From contig OZ024743.1 in assembly GCA_964016885.1 (NCBI GenBank), positions 234,794,001-234,858,000 on the forward strand: a stretch of DNA of 64,000 nt. The letters are read 5' to 3'. Source of the DNA: Eledone cirrhosa (taxonomy: Eukaryota). Numbering within the stretch: the first letter of the stretch is position 1; every line of letters starts with the position of its first letter. A program made the position numbers and the translations under genes. Shown in pieces: positions 13,021 to 26,679 of this stretch. The notes under the pieces were generated by a model, which saw nothing but the letters and a program-made list of their open reading frames with translations, was not told the DNA's origin and made no database searches.

Positions 13021-13451
13021 ATATTGTTATACTTTGGGAGGGTCATGTTGCCAATAAGAAACACACGCACCAGTTGTTTTCACTTCAATTTATTATATAT
13101 TTATAAATTTATAATTTACAAATCTACAAACTTATAAATTTCTGGTTGGTTGGTTGGTTCCACAACCAGATAGTGACACACAGAAACAAAATGGCGTAGG
13201 ACAGAAGAAAGGAAAGGCACAGAAACAAAGAAAGGAATCCCCAGTCACTGAAGAGGTCACAGAGTGTGTGACGAAAGGACTATGACTATATATAAACAAC
13301 TATCTGGTTGTGGAACCAACCAACCAACAGAAATTTATAAGTTTGTAGATTTGTAAATTTATAAATTTATAAATATATAATAAATTGAAGTGAAAGCAAC
13401 TGGTGCGTGTGTTTCTTATTGGCAACATGACTCTCCCAAAGTATAACAATA
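13021..13451. repeat. ~150-bp inverted repeat with ~120-bp spacer (Penelope-like terminal structure)
   Basis: Arms ~13021-13174 and ~13298-13451 are near-perfect complements; the spacer holds a hammerhead motif. Confidence 0.8.
13243..13287 (+). ncRNA. Minimal type I hammerhead ribozyme motif
   Basis: AGTCA-CTGAAGA-G-GTCACA(gagtg)TGTGAC-GAAA-GGAC-TA-TGACT: stem I AGTCA/TGACT, stem II 6 bp, near-palindromic minimal stem III. Confidence 0.65.
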
Positions 13452-13512
13452 TCGGTTTCAACACACGATTTCAGATAAAGAATCTTGCTAAACAAATTCA
13501 GAAACGAAATAT

Positions 13513-13573
<61 letters not shown>

Positions 13574-13575
13574 TG

Positions 13576-13648
<73 letters not shown>

Positions 13649-13673
13649 ATATGTATGTATATATATATGTATG

Positions 13674-13736
<63 letters not shown>

Positions 13737-13737
13737 G

Positions 13738-13777
<40 letters not shown>

Positions 13778-13828
13778 TATATATATGTATATATATGTGT
13801 GTATATATATATATATGTATGTATATAT

Positions 13829-13869
<41 letters not shown>

Positions 13870-13915
13870 TATAAGTATGTATTATATATATATATATATG
13901 TATGTATGTATATAT

Positions 13916-14165
<250 letters not shown>

Positions 14166-14260
14166 GTATATATATGTATGTATATATATGTATATATATG
14201 TATGTATATATATGTATATATATGTATATATATGTATGTATATATGTATGTATATATATG

Positions 14261-14297
<37 letters not shown>

Positions 14298-14351
14298 GTA
14301 TATATATGTATATATATGTATGTATATATATGTATATATATGTATGTATAA

Positions 14352-14384
<33 letters not shown>

Positions 14385-14486
14385 TGTATGTATGTATATA
14401 TATATGTATGTATATATATATATATGTATGTATATATATATATATATAGTAATATATATATGTATGTATATATATATATATGTATG

Positions 14487-14517
<31 letters not shown>

Positions 14518-14518
14518 G

Positions 14519-14557
<39 letters not shown>

Positions 14558-14594
14558 ATGTATGTATGTATATATATATATATATAAGTATATG

Positions 14595-14630
<36 letters not shown>

Positions 14631-14632
14631 TA

Positions 14633-16730
14633 TACTCTTTTACTCTTTTACCTGTTTCAGCCATCCGGCTGAGGCCATGCTGGGGCACCGCCCTTGTTGC
14701 TACACATTTTATCTCCAGCCTGTATAGGTTGGCCACTGGTGTAGGAGGGAGTTTGTTGCTGCTGCCCTTAGGTTTCCCTCGTGTCTTGCTGTGGGCTCAT
14801 CCGGGATCCTGGATAACAAGGTGTCGAGATGTTTCTTAAAGACATCCACCTCCACGTCATGCAAGTCTCGCAGATGCCTCGGCAGCCTGTTGAAGAGTTG
14901 AGGGCCCTTGAATCCCAGGCTATTGCAATACCTGCTCCTTATTCTAGATGTGGAAGACGGGACCTTTGGCACCACACAGTGACGTCCTGTTCGACGGTTG
15001 GTCCAGCTCCCAATGCCAAAGTTTGGTGCTAGTCCTCCAGGATTTTCCACATGTAGATCACTGCGTATCTCTCCCGTCTTCGCTCCAAGGAGTAGAGGTT
15101 CAGTTCCTTTAGCCTCTCCCAGTAGCTTGTCTCCCTCATCTTGGCAATCCTCTTGGTGTAGCTTCGCTGGATTGCCTCAAGCTCCGTGGTTAGTTTGACA
15201 CTATGGGGTGACCACAGCTGGGAGCAGTAGTCCAGGCGGCTTAGGACAAAAGTCCTCCACAGTGTCAACATGGTGTCTCGATCTCTTGTAAGGAAAGTCC
15301 TCAAGATCCAGCCAGCGAATCGTCTACATGTTGTCGCCACCTTCATGATGTGTGAAGAAAAAGATGCATCATCACTCATGTCTATGCCCAGGTCTCGTAT
15401 CGATTTTGACACGGGGATATCGGTCCCTCCTGGTCCTGTGTAGCTGTGTTCCGCTATATTTGTGTTTGTGTTTGCAGGTTTGTATTGTAGGGCTTGGAAT
15501 TTGCCAGCATTAAACTGCATGTTGTTTTCTTCCGCCCATCTGTATATGGCATCCAGATTCTGCTGTAAGAGGGCAGTGTCAGCCGGGTTTTTGATTGCCT
15601 GTGCTACCTTAGTGTCATCAGCATAGCTAGTGAGGGATGTTGTTGCATGCACCACAGAGGGCATGTCCGAGAGAGCCACCAAAAACAGTAGTGGTCCCAG
15701 GACTGTCCCCTGGGGCACCCCACTTGTTATCAGTGTTTCCCTCGAGAGGGCCCCATTTGCTGCGACTGCCTGGCTTCTGTCCCTTAGGAAGCCATGCAGC
15801 CACTCACCTACTTTTCCAGTTATGCCGAGTCCGTGTAGTTTGTGACATTTCATTCCGTGGTCGACCTTGTCAAAGGCCTTCGCAAAGTCAAGATATATCA
15901 CGTCTACATGTGAGCTGTCTAGTAGTTGTCTCAGTAGCCAGTCGTAGTGATGTAGCAGCTGTGTAAGGCAGCTTCTTCCTGGGCGGAAGCCATGTTGGGT
16001 GCTAGTCAGGCGGTCATTTTCTTCGAGGAAAGTGATTAGTTTCTTTCTGACGACTCGCTCCATGACCTTACTGATATGCGACGTCAGGGAGACTGGCCTA
16101 TAGTTCTTGGCCTCCGCTCTACTACCTCCTTTATGGATAGGGCATATTGTGCCTTCTTTCAGCTCCCTGGGTAGTACACCGCTAGCCAAGGAGCTTCTGA
16201 AGAGCATCTTCAGTGGAGTTGCTAAGGCCCGCTTACATATTTTTAGGAGAACTGCTGGGAACCCATCAGGTCCAGCAGCCGAGTCTGTTCTAATTTCATC
16301 AATGGCGTACACCACATCCTCCTCCATTATGTCTATGTGGTTGATGGTTGCCATTTCTTGATGTAGTGTTGTGGCATCAAAGAACTCCTCTGGCTTCGTT
16401 ATTTGCATGTGCCTCAGTGGACATGTGAAGACACTTTTGTACTGTTCGTTCAGTATTTCACATATCTCTTGGGGATTTTCGGTTAATGAACCGTCCGTGT
16501 GGAAGAGTGGTCCAATCTTGCAGTGTACTGAGGCAGTTTCTTTTGCAAATTTAAAGAAGGCCTTAGGGTTTGTTTTAATGTTTTCTATGGCCTGTTCTCT
16601 TTCTTTGCCCTCTCATTCTCATGTGAAAGCTTGAGTGCAATCTCGGTGTCAAGTAGTGCACGTTTCAAATAGGATTCCTTCTTGTTTTGGTTTTGTTGAC
16701 TATTCAACTGGTTTGAGAGTTTAGTATACT
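14633..16730 (-). mobile_element. CR1-like LINE (RT domain to 3' end), cut by assembly gap
   Basis: ORF 15029-16408 with YRPVSLTS, QHGFR, YLDFAKAFD, GVPQG, YADD; frameshift into 14709-15050; (GTAAAAGA)2 tail abutting (TA)n. Confidence 0.92.
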
Positions 16731-16930
16731 NNNNNNNNNNNNNNNNNNNNNNNNNNNNNNNNNNNNNNNNNNNNNNNNNNNNNNNNNNNNNNNNNNNNNN
16801 NNNNNNNNNNNNNNNNNNNNNNNNNNNNNNNNNNNNNNNNNNNNNNNNNNNNNNNNNNNNNNNNNNNNNNNNNNNNNNNNNNNNNNNNNNNNNNNNNNNN
16901 NNNNNNNNNNNNNNNNNNNNNNNNNNNNNN
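16731..16930. other. Assembly gap (200 N)
   Basis: Run of N. Confidence 1.
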
Positions 16931-16994
16931 TGTAAATATGTATATATGTAAATATGTATATATATATATATGTAAATATGTATATATATATATG

Positions 16995-17053
<59 letters not shown>

Positions 17054-17269
17054 GTACATATATGTAAATATATATATGTAAATATGTATATGTAAATATG
17101 TATATATATATATGTATATATATATATGTAAATATGTATATGTATATATATATAAATATGTATATGTATATATAAAACAAAAATAAATCAAAAAAAATAA
17201 ATTTAAAAAAAAAAAATATATATATATATTGAAATACTTAACTAAAACACACACACACTCAAAACTAGA

Positions 17270-17605
17270 ATGGCTAACCAGCAAAAATCCAAACAGAACT
17301 GGTCTGATAATGAAATCGACATTCTAATAAACACATGGCATTGCCTTTCCCAAACAGAAAATATAGATGCTTCATCTCTGAACGACATTGCTAAACGTAC
17401 AGTTCAATTTTTGAAAACTCGATCTGAACAACAGATTCAAATAAATTAAAGCAAATCGAAATTGCTTTTAAATTAATCAATAAACATTTGGATAAACTAC
17501 GGTGTGTTTTCTCTTCGAATGCTGTCCAGCAGCAGCAACAACAACAACAGCAGCTACAACAGCAACAACAACAACAACAACAACAGCTACAACAACAACA
17601 ACAGC

Positions 17606-17636
<31 letters not shown>

Positions 17637-18429
17637 GTGTGAACCACTCCTTGATTCATCAACAATGGCCGATCTACTAAATGAAACTATTGACCCCCCA
17701 GTAGCCTCTGTCTCACAGCATGAAACGCCACATCCTTTCTCTGGCCCAGCAGTCCAATCATCACCACTGCCAACATCTCTGCCTACTACTACTACTACTA
17801 CTACAACATTTTTGTCTACTGCTATGTCAAGGAATTTACCTTCTAATACCAGAACAAGAACTCTCCCTCCCACAGTCCACAAAGGTCGTCAAATCCTACC
17901 CAAACCATCATCTACACCTCTCACAACACCCACACCCACATACCCACCCACTCGAAACCCCATCATTTGCCGCTACTCTCTACGCTATAGAATATGTACG
18001 GATAGTGGCTGCAAATTCACCCATTTACCTAGGACAAAACGATCTATCCCCACAAACAGCCACCACCATAATACATACTCTAATTTAACACCAACACAAC
18101 CACCAATAACTCAAACAAGGAATCCACAAATCTGCCGTTTTTCCCTGCGAGACAGATTGTGTTTAGACCGGGATTGTCCCTTTACCCATCTCCCGGGGAC
18201 CCGTCGGATAAATGAAAATAAAATTAAAAATAAAAGCAAAAACAAAAACCATAACCTACATAAAAATAACCACTACCACAGTCACCAACAGTCTTCTAAA
18301 CAGGAAACTTCTTCCTCTTTTTTAGCCATAATGAATCTGGCAAAAGAACTGGAAAAAAACATTCGAGCTATCACCCAGCACCACCCTCCACTATCACCCC
18401 ACTGCACAAACTCCCATTGCTGCCATTAA
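17270..18429 (+). CDS. LINE ORF1: Myb/SANT-like N-terminus, polyQ, two CCCH zinc fingers (one 1-nt frameshift near 17440)
   Basis: ATG 17270 [23 protein letters not shown]...RSEQQIQ; adding one A continues NKLKQIE into ORF 17488-18429; two C-x8-C-x4-C-x3-H motifs. Confidence 0.7.
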
Positions 18430-21400
18430 CAAACAAACAAATTAACAACACACCAAAACAATTAAAACCATCCACTCTCGCCTCTACATTTTTGCTTAAC
18501 GCCCAAGGCATCAGCCCTTCCACCAATACTCAAAAATGGAAGATCAAATTCCTGGAGGACTGGATTGATGTCCATCCAAACCACATCCCTTTCTTCGTCC
18601 TCACTGAAACCCATCTCAGTAACCTCCACTTGGAAGCCGAGGTGAAAGTGAAAAATTTCAAAGCCATCCGTGCTGATCGCGCTGGCAGAAGAAAGGGCGG
18701 AACTGCCATTTATGTCCATAATTCTTTCTCAACAGAGGCTATGAACATATTCACTAATGGATACTGTGAGGCAGTCACTGTATTCAGTCAAACCAACAAC
18801 CTATTAGTAGTTGGGCTCTATAGGCCACCCCAAACGCCTGTACCATGCTTCAAGGAATGCCTCAACAGCATAAAGTGTTTCATCCAAGAGTGTCACCCTG
18901 ACAACATCTTAATGATGGGGGACTTCAACCTCCCCGGAGTTGACTGGTCCACAAACACCCTGCCACCAGGTTCTTCTGCCTCAACCTCTGACAGGGAAGC
19001 TGTGGAATCGCTTCTTGACTTCATGGATGATTTCTTCCTATCCCAACTAGTGCTCGAACCAACGAGGTGCCACAAAAACGTCCTAGACTTAATTTTCAGC
19101 AATCACACTGACAATATCCACAATATTGCAGTGGAGAAAACTCTACTCTCTGATCATGACATGGTTCTCTGTGATCTGAGATTCCACCGTCCAATATACA
19201 AACCCAATGTCATTTCTCCTGTCCATCCGTTTGACGCTATGGATTTCCACAATGCAAACTGGGAAGCGATCAGTCATGATCTTGCACATGTCGACTGGTC
19301 CTTCACGCACACTCATACACCCACTAACATCAAAAAGTCCTGGCAGACATTTGTGGACACTGTTACAAACATATGTGCTAAACACACCCCATTAAGAACT
19401 ATAAACAAATCTAAGAGCAGAATCCCTAGAAATAGAAAAACACTCATCAGAAAAATTAAGAGAACGAACAAAAAAATCAACAAGCTGAAATACTGTCAGC
19501 AGCAACACATCAACTTGACTGCCATTTCATCACTAGAGATTAAAAAACATAACCTCCAAAACAACATAATGTCCCTCATCAACAATCAGAGAAGAGCTGA
19601 AGAGGCCTGGGCCATTGAGAAGATCAAACTCAATCCCAAAGTGTTCTTTTCATTTGCAAAAAAACACAAAATCACTGGCTCTACTGTTGGCCCTCTAATT
19701 GATGAAAATGGCACTCTTCAAGACAATGCTAAAACCATGGGTGAGATACTGCAGAAACAATACTGCTCTGTTTTCAGCAATCCTGATATGGCCGATCTGG
19801 GCTGTATCGGCGATGTTACTCCCCATTACACCTTATCGGACATAACGTTTGGCGCCCCTGATGTCTTGGCGGCAATAAAGGAAATCAAGCATAATTCAGC
19901 AGTAGGTCCCGATAGGTTCCCTGCTTGTGTCTTGAAGGCGTGTCAACACCAACTTGCTTCTCCTCTTGCCAATCTGTGGCGGAACTCACTGGATGCTGGA
20001 TATGTGCCAGAAAACCTTCTATCCCAGTCTGTTGTCCCAGTTTTCAAAAAGGGAAACAAATCCCTTGCCGTGAATTACCGTCCAATCTCACTCACCTCTC
20101 ATATCATTAAGGTATTTGAGCGAGTGGTGAGATCGCGAATGACCCACTTCCTTGAGAGTAACAATATGCTGAACTCCAACCAGCATGGATTCCGTAATGG
20201 AAGGGATTGCCTGACGCAACTACTGCATCACTTTGATGACATTTTGAGAGCCTTGGGAGAGGGTTCCAACACTGATGTTATCTACCTTGATTTCAGCAAG
20301 GCCTTTGACAGGGTTGATCATAACATTCTACTGAGAAAGCTGTCCAATATTGGTGTCACTGGAAAGCTGCTGCAGTGGATCAAGAGCTTCCTGTCAAACA
20401 GAACCCAACATGTTGTAGTTGAGGGAGTCAAATCAAGCCCAGCCAAAGTCAGTAGTGGAGTCCCACAAGGCACTGTGTTGGGCCCACTTCTCTTCATCAT
20501 CTATATTAATGACATCACTGACATCATCAAACACAGCAACATTAAAATTTTCGCTGATGATTCCAAGCTCCAAAAGGTCATCAATGGCGTGGATGACCGG
20601 ATAAGCCTTCAGTCAGACCTACTGGCTGTTACCCAATGGGCAGAAAAGAACAACATGTTACTGAACGAAGACAAATTCGAACTGATCCACTTTGGAAAAG
20701 AGGATGCTCTGAAACTCCCGTACTCCCTTCCCTCCGGGGAAACTCTCGTGGCATCTAACAACATCAGAGACTTGGGAGTAACCGTGGACAGCAACATAAG
20801 CTGGACCACGCATATAAGCAGCAAAGTTGACATGGCCCGCAGAATGTGTTCCTGGATCCTCAGAACCTTCCAGTCGAGAGATTCCCGCACCATTATCCTT
20901 CTCTTCTCTACTTTCGCCCGACCACACCTTGAATACTGTTGTCCACTGTGGTCTCCCCACACGAAACAAAGTATCATGAAACTTGAAGCTCCTCAAAGGG
21001 CAATCACGAAAAAGATAGATGGCATGTCAGACCTTGACTACTGGGGTCGATTGGAAAACCTGAAACTTTACTCACTCCAACGTCGCCGTGAGCGTTATAT
21101 TATCTGCATGATGTGGAAAATGTTCCATCATCACTGCCCAAATGATGTTGGCATCGCCTTCAAGATACACCCAAGGCTTGGGCCCCGTGCTATCCGTCCC
21201 ATTCAAAAATCTAAATCGCAACTCATAACAACAATACGGCACAATTATTTCACCTCAATCGGCCCTGCTCTCTTCAACATCACACCAGGACACGTCAAAA
21301 CAGAAACTGACCACACAAAATTCAAGAAGTCTTTGGACAAATTCCTCCAAGTAATCCCGGACAAACCACCCACACCCGGATATGTCTCCGCAAACAGTAA

Positions 21401-21437
21401 TTCTCTTCTCGAATGGGCCATGGTGCCCAAATCCTGA
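18300..21437 (+). CDS. LINE ORF2: apurinic endonuclease + reverse transcriptase, uninterrupted
   Basis: APE motifs ETHL, GLYRPP, GDFNLP, LDLIF, SDH; RT motifs [31 protein letters not shown]; frame open from 18300, with no ATG before the APE domain starts. Confidence 0.95.
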   Translation, partial: TGNFFLFFSHNESGKRTGKKHSSYHPAPPSTITPLHKLPLLPLTNKQINNTPKQLKPSTLASTFLLNAQGISPSTNTQKWKIKFLEDWIDVHPNHIPFFVLTETHLSNLHLEAEVKVKNFKAIRADRAGRRKGGTAIYVHNSFSTEAMNIFTNGYCEAVTVFSQTNNLLVVGLYRPPQTPVPCFKECLNSIKCFIQECHPDNILMMGDFNLPGVDWSTNTLPPGSSASTSDREAVESLLDFMDDFFLSQLVLEPTRCHKNVLDLIFSNHTDNIHNIAVEKTLLSDHDMVLCDLRFHRPIYKPNVISPVHPFDAMDFHNANWEAISHDLAHVDWSFTHTHTPTNIKKSWQTFVDTVTNICAKHTPLRTINKSKSRIPRNRKTLIRKIKRTNKKINKLKYCQQQHINLTAISSLEIKKHNLQNNIMSLINNQRRAEEAWAIEKIKLNPKVFFSFAKKHKITGSTVGPLIDENGTLQDNAKTMGEILQKQYCSVFSNPDMADLGCIGDVTPHYTLSDITFGAPDVLAAIKEIKHNSAVGPDRFPACVLKACQHQLASPLANLWRNSLDAGYVPENLLSQSVVPVFKKGNKSLAVNYRPISLTSHIIKVFERVVRSRMTHFLESNNMLNSNQHGFRNGRDCLTQLLHHFDDILRALGEGSNTDVIYLDFSKAFDRVDHNILLRKLSNIGVTGKLLQWIKSFLSNRTQHVVVEGVKSSPAKVSSGVPQGTVLGPLLFIIYINDITDIIKHSNIKIFADDSKLQKVINGVDDRISLQSDLLAVTQWAEKNNMLLNEDKFELIHFGKEDALKLPYSLPSGETLVASNNIRDLGVTVDSNISWTTHISSKVDMARRMCSWILRTFQSRDSRTIILLFSTFARPHLEYCCPLWSPHTKQSIMKLEAPQRAITKKIDGMSDLDYWGRLENLKLYSLQRRRERYIICMMWKMFHHHCPNDVGIAFKIHPRLGPRAIRPIQKSKSQLITTIRHNYFTSIGPALFNITPGHVKTETDHTKFKKSLDKFLQVIPDKPPTPGYVSANSNSLLEWAMVPKS

Positions 21438-21522
21438 ATTGAAAGACTTCGCCAGGTGGTGCTATTAAGTTAGACATGGCCTGGGCCAATACTGGCCAAA
21501 ACATTTCAAAGTTATTCAAAGT

Positions 21523-21825
<303 letters not shown>

Positions 21826-22021
21826 GGAAGGTGTTCCCTCAAAAACCAGTATGACTCTAAAAACCGGTTTGTCTGTGTGTTTACATACAGAATAGCTGGG
21901 TGCTCACAGTAAAGCAACCAGTGAAAGACTTGTTACATATACATATGTATATGTGTGTGTATTCATATACACACTAGTATTTCAGTATGCATATGTAGAT
22001 GTAATTTTTTAAACTTAATTG

Positions 22022-22087
<66 letters not shown>

Positions 22088-22105
22088 TGTGTATATATAT
22101 ATATG

Positions 22106-22184
<79 letters not shown>

Positions 22185-22351
22185 GTGTATATATATATAT
22201 GTATATATATATATGTATATATATATATGTATATATATATATGTATATATATATATGTATATATATATATGTATATATATATATGTATATATATGTAAAT
22301 ATGTATATATATATATGTATATATATATGTAAATATGTATATATATATATG

Positions 22352-22385
<34 letters not shown>

Positions 22386-22420
22386 TATATGTACATATAT
22401 GTAAATATGTATATATATAT

Positions 22421-23213
22421 ATCATCATCATCATCAACGTTTAACGTCCGTGTTCCACGCTTGCATGGGTTTGGACGGGGGTAGTCCCACTTGAGGCAAG
22501 AGTGATTGTCTTGCTCGCATAGGACTGTCTGGCAGGTTTTCTACAGTTGGATGCCCTTCCTAACACCAACCACATTTACAGTGTGGGTCTGGGAGGTTTT
22601 TACCGTGTTGCCTACACGGCCACATTACAGCGTGGACTGTGTGTTTTTTTGTCGTGACACCTACACGATCTCATTTGTTTCGGCCTGGATGGCGCGGCAC
22701 CAACATAACTTTACATAGAACGGGGTGGTGTGGATGGGGTGGGGGTGGTGGCGGGACGGGGTGTATTTTGTTAGAGATGCCTACTGGCAAGGCGGGTCTT
22801 CTCTGTTACTGAGTACCGCCAAAGGTCACGGTCCAGTGACATAGTCTTGGAGAGGTGTAAGTGTGTGAGGTCGGAGTTTATCAGCTCATCCCATGTTTTT
22901 CTAGGTCTGCCTATTCCGTGGCTACCGTCTATCTTTATTGCCCTGCACTTTGTAATACAGCTATCGACTTTCATGCGCATCACGTGTCCATACCAACGCA
23001 GCCTTCTCTCGAGTAAACAACATCTGATCCCTCTTATCTCTAATTTTTTTCCTTAGTTCGTTTATGCTTTGCCGTTCACGTATATTACTGTTACACATCC
23101 AGCGGAGCATGCAAGCTTCGTTCCTCTCTAGTCTGCGTATATCCTCTGCACACAATGCCCAGGTCTCACTGCCATGCAACATTGCTGCTGTTCGTATGCA
23201 GGCATCGTACAAC
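22421..23213 (-). mobile_element. RTE LINE 3' fragment
   Basis: [18 protein letters not shown]...[12 protein letters not shown]; GRPRKTW; same family as 1-1052. Confidence 0.85.
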
Positions 23214-23250
23214 CTATATATATATATATATGTACATATATGTAAATATG

Positions 23251-23286
<36 letters not shown>

Positions 23287-23305
23287 TATATGTACATATA
23301 TGTAA

Positions 23306-23346
<41 letters not shown>

Positions 23347-23360
23347 TATATGTAAATATG

Positions 23361-23400
<40 letters not shown>

Positions 23401-23422
23401 TATGTACATATATGTAAATATG

Positions 23423-23460
<38 letters not shown>

Positions 23461-23716
23461 TGTACATATATGTAAATATGTATATATATATATATGTAAA
23501 TATGTATATATATATATATATGTACATATATGTACATATATGTATATATCTATATGTATTTGTGTGTATATGTATACACATGTATATTTGTGTTTGTATG
23601 TATGCGTGTGAGTGTATTTATTTGTGTATATATATGTGTGTATGTATGTGTATGTGTGTGTGTATGTGTATATATATATATATGTGTGTGTGTATATATG
23701 TGTATATACTTATATA

Positions 23717-23751
<35 letters not shown>

Positions 23752-24343
23752 GTGTATGTATGTGTGTGTACATGAATATATTTTTATATATGTGTGTGTG
23801 TTTTGATGTGTGTATATGTGTTTGTGTGTGTGTTTATGGTTGCGCGTAAGTGTGTGAGTGAGTATGTGTTTTTTTGTTTTTTTGTGAATGTGTCTGTTGA
23901 TTTTTGGCATATAGTTGATTAGTTTAAGAGAAGTTCGAAGATAATAGTAAGATATGCACTCAGTATTTTGAATCTGTCTGCAGAATTCTCTAGACCTTTG
24001 TCACTTAGTAGAACCTTAATGACTTTAGCTTTTAAAGAATCTCCCTTTTCTTTAATTCTATCGACCATGACTGACCCCCCACTGATTTTATAGACATCTG
24101 TTAGCTTAAGAGAAACTTAATGACAAGGAATGGTATGCCATCCGGAACCTGTTTATAGAATTCTGTCTGCCCTTGTTACTCTAAAAACATAAATAAAATA
24201 AATAAAAATAAACTATAGCTTTGTAGAATTAGCTTTTAATGAATTCCCTTTTCTATCAACCAATGACCTGCACCCATCCCACTCCCCACCCTCTCCTACC
24301 ACTTGTAGAGACCTATAAATACCATATTTATTTTTTGATACCC

Positions 24344-24394
24344 AGATTCCTGATGATTTCTAATGAATGAAACAGTTCTAGTCCTGTAGAATCT
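24344..24394 (+). ncRNA. Type I hammerhead ribozyme motif
   Basis: AGATTC-CTGATGA-tTTC(taat)GAAt-GAAA-CAG(ttctagtc)CTG-TA-GAATCT: stem I 6 bp and stem III intact, stem II weak; partial related copy on minus strand near 36880-36917. Confidence 0.65.
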
Positions 24395-24483
24395 CATCTA
24401 TATTAAAACTTTTATACTCTGCTATGTATTGAGTACCTTACTTACTGTGGTTACCTCCGATTCAACCCGGAATAACGTATATG

Positions 24484-24514
<31 letters not shown>

Positions 24515-24695
24515 GTACATATATATATATGTACATATATATATATATGTACATATATATATATATATGTACATATATATATATATATATGTACATATAT
24601 ATATATATATATGTACATATATATATATATATGTACATATATATATATGTACATATATATATATATATGTACATATATGTATATATATATGTACA

Positions 24696-24733
<38 letters not shown>

Positions 24734-24753
24734 TATATGTACATATATATATG

Positions 24754-24792
<39 letters not shown>

Positions 24793-25499
24793 GTACATAT
24801 ATGTACATATATATATATGTATATATATATATGTATACCGCAACCAAAACCAATACAAACACATAACACAGCATATAGGGTGACTGCCTCAGAAGTGTGT
24901 TCATATGGCACGTGCCACCCCAATAAACAGGAGACAATATGCATATGCAGACTCAATACAGACTGCGGCAGCAGTCTTTAGGGGGAAAAGGTGGAGAGAA
25001 TTGTGAGACAACTGACCTGGCAAAATCGTTTTCAGAGCCAAAGGGACTCACACCAACACTCAAGACCATCACAATCAAAAGACCCAGGGTGGCCACCACT
25101 GACACCAACCCAAATGCCATATCAACAGCCACTGCTGACACCCTAAAGTTAAAGCACTGAAACATCATACCCCTAACGGTCAACTGATAAGATGGGACTC
25201 TGTATTTGTTAATTTTCCCGTCTTCGCCCATATTTTTTATTTGTTCATTTGTGTTTAGCCATGTGGAACTCTTTTCAAATTCTTAACATATATATATTAG
25301 TTGGACCTGCAAGTTTTGTGGGCTTTTTGGCTTTAGGTAGTCTTAGGCTGCAGATAACTAGATGATGATCAGTGAATTATTGATCTCTGCCTCCGATTGC
25401 TCTGATACCATGTAAATTTATAGATGTGTTTATGCTGGAATGTGTTCATAATAGAGAGCCTATTACCAGAACAGAAGTCTAATAAGGCCGCTCCATTCG

Positions 25500-26000
25500 T
25501 ATTTAGATCAGGATTGTTGTTCTTTCCAATTGTGTCAGGTAGTCAATGCCAACATGAACATTGAAGTCTCCCATTAGGATATATGACTCAGTCTTAACTA
25601 CATTTAACACTGCAGTGACTTCATCAAGGAAATACCTGTTTGGGACATAAACTTGCACCACCCACAAAGACCTTTCTTTTAGCTTAAGCTTCAAGAGTCA
25701 AATCTTCCTTCCTAATGGGATCCAGTTCATAACACATTCTGACATCGAGGTGCTTGAGAGTATCTTTACTCCTACCTGTGCAGTCATTTCTGACACCACA
25801 CATGAATATTGAAGTTTTCATCCTCCATCCAAATCTACAGTACCAAAGCCACGGAAATTTGTTTAGGAAACTCCGACTATATCTAGCAGGTAGCATTTGG
25901 CCTCCTTCACTAATTCATGCTCCTCACCTGTAAGGGTTGCGTTGTTCCAGGTTCCAATTGTCAAGGTTTGCTCCCTTCTGGACCTTCTTTGACGTCTCCA
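25500..26000 (-). mobile_element. LINE (RTE-like) endonuclease fragment
   Basis: LTIGTWN...LDIVGVS and VVQVYVP...ILMGDFNVHVG. Confidence 0.7.
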
Positions 26001-26679
26001 GCTACATAACCTTTGTACCCCCCTCCCCTCACAATTCCTAGGAGAGGTCGCAAGCCCATTGCCAGTTCTTGCAATATTGGGTGGGGAGACAGCAAGATAT
26101 TTTTTTAACAAGCCACTCTATCTAAGGCTTGAACACGTCCCTTATCTCATGCAAAGGATGATGTGGTATGGATGTTGATACTGTTTCCGGCCATATTGCT
26201 ATGTTTTGGTGGTTTCATTCATGCCAGTCAGCTATCTGGTACTTTCCTCAGACCCATAAAAACTAGGCTTTTTAAAGATAACCTTTACTTGCCTCATTGT
26301 TGCTACATCATTGGGTTGTATGAGTTCTCTTGGAGCTAACAGTGTCACCCATTGCTCCATCTCGCCTAGTAGTTTACTGCTGTTTGTCCAGCAGGAGCCT
26401 GCTTATACCACAACTAACCATTATATTTGGTCGCTGTGTCACTATCTGCTACCTCTGACCCATTCTCTAGCAGAACAGTTCTGCCAAGAATATATATATA
26501 TATAAATATATATACACCTCTTTTGTCCAATCTATGCATACAAGAATGGAAAGCTGGACATGCTCCACATTTGCTCCCTCATGATACTGCTACCACGACA
26601 AAAAAATCACTAACTCCACCCTATATAGTGATCTGGTGCAACAACAACAAAATCACCCAGTCCACCTTGAAAATCAGTG

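Larger units (their letters stand above)
17230..21522 (+). mobile_element. Apparently full-length CR1-like LINE inserted in a (TA)n field
   Basis: ORF1 + intact APE-RT ORF2; short tandem 3' tail (TTCAAAGTTA)2; microsatellite on both flanks. Confidence 0.93.

Noticed and set aside
17391-17882. Poly-Cys / poly-Val ORFs on minus strand
   Set aside because: Antisense reading of the (CAA/CAG)n polyQ tract of LINE ORF1.
14633-21522. Two divergent CR1-like elements as one composite or inverted element
   Set aside because: Different subfamilies (clearly diverged RT sequences, different tails) separated by an assembly gap.
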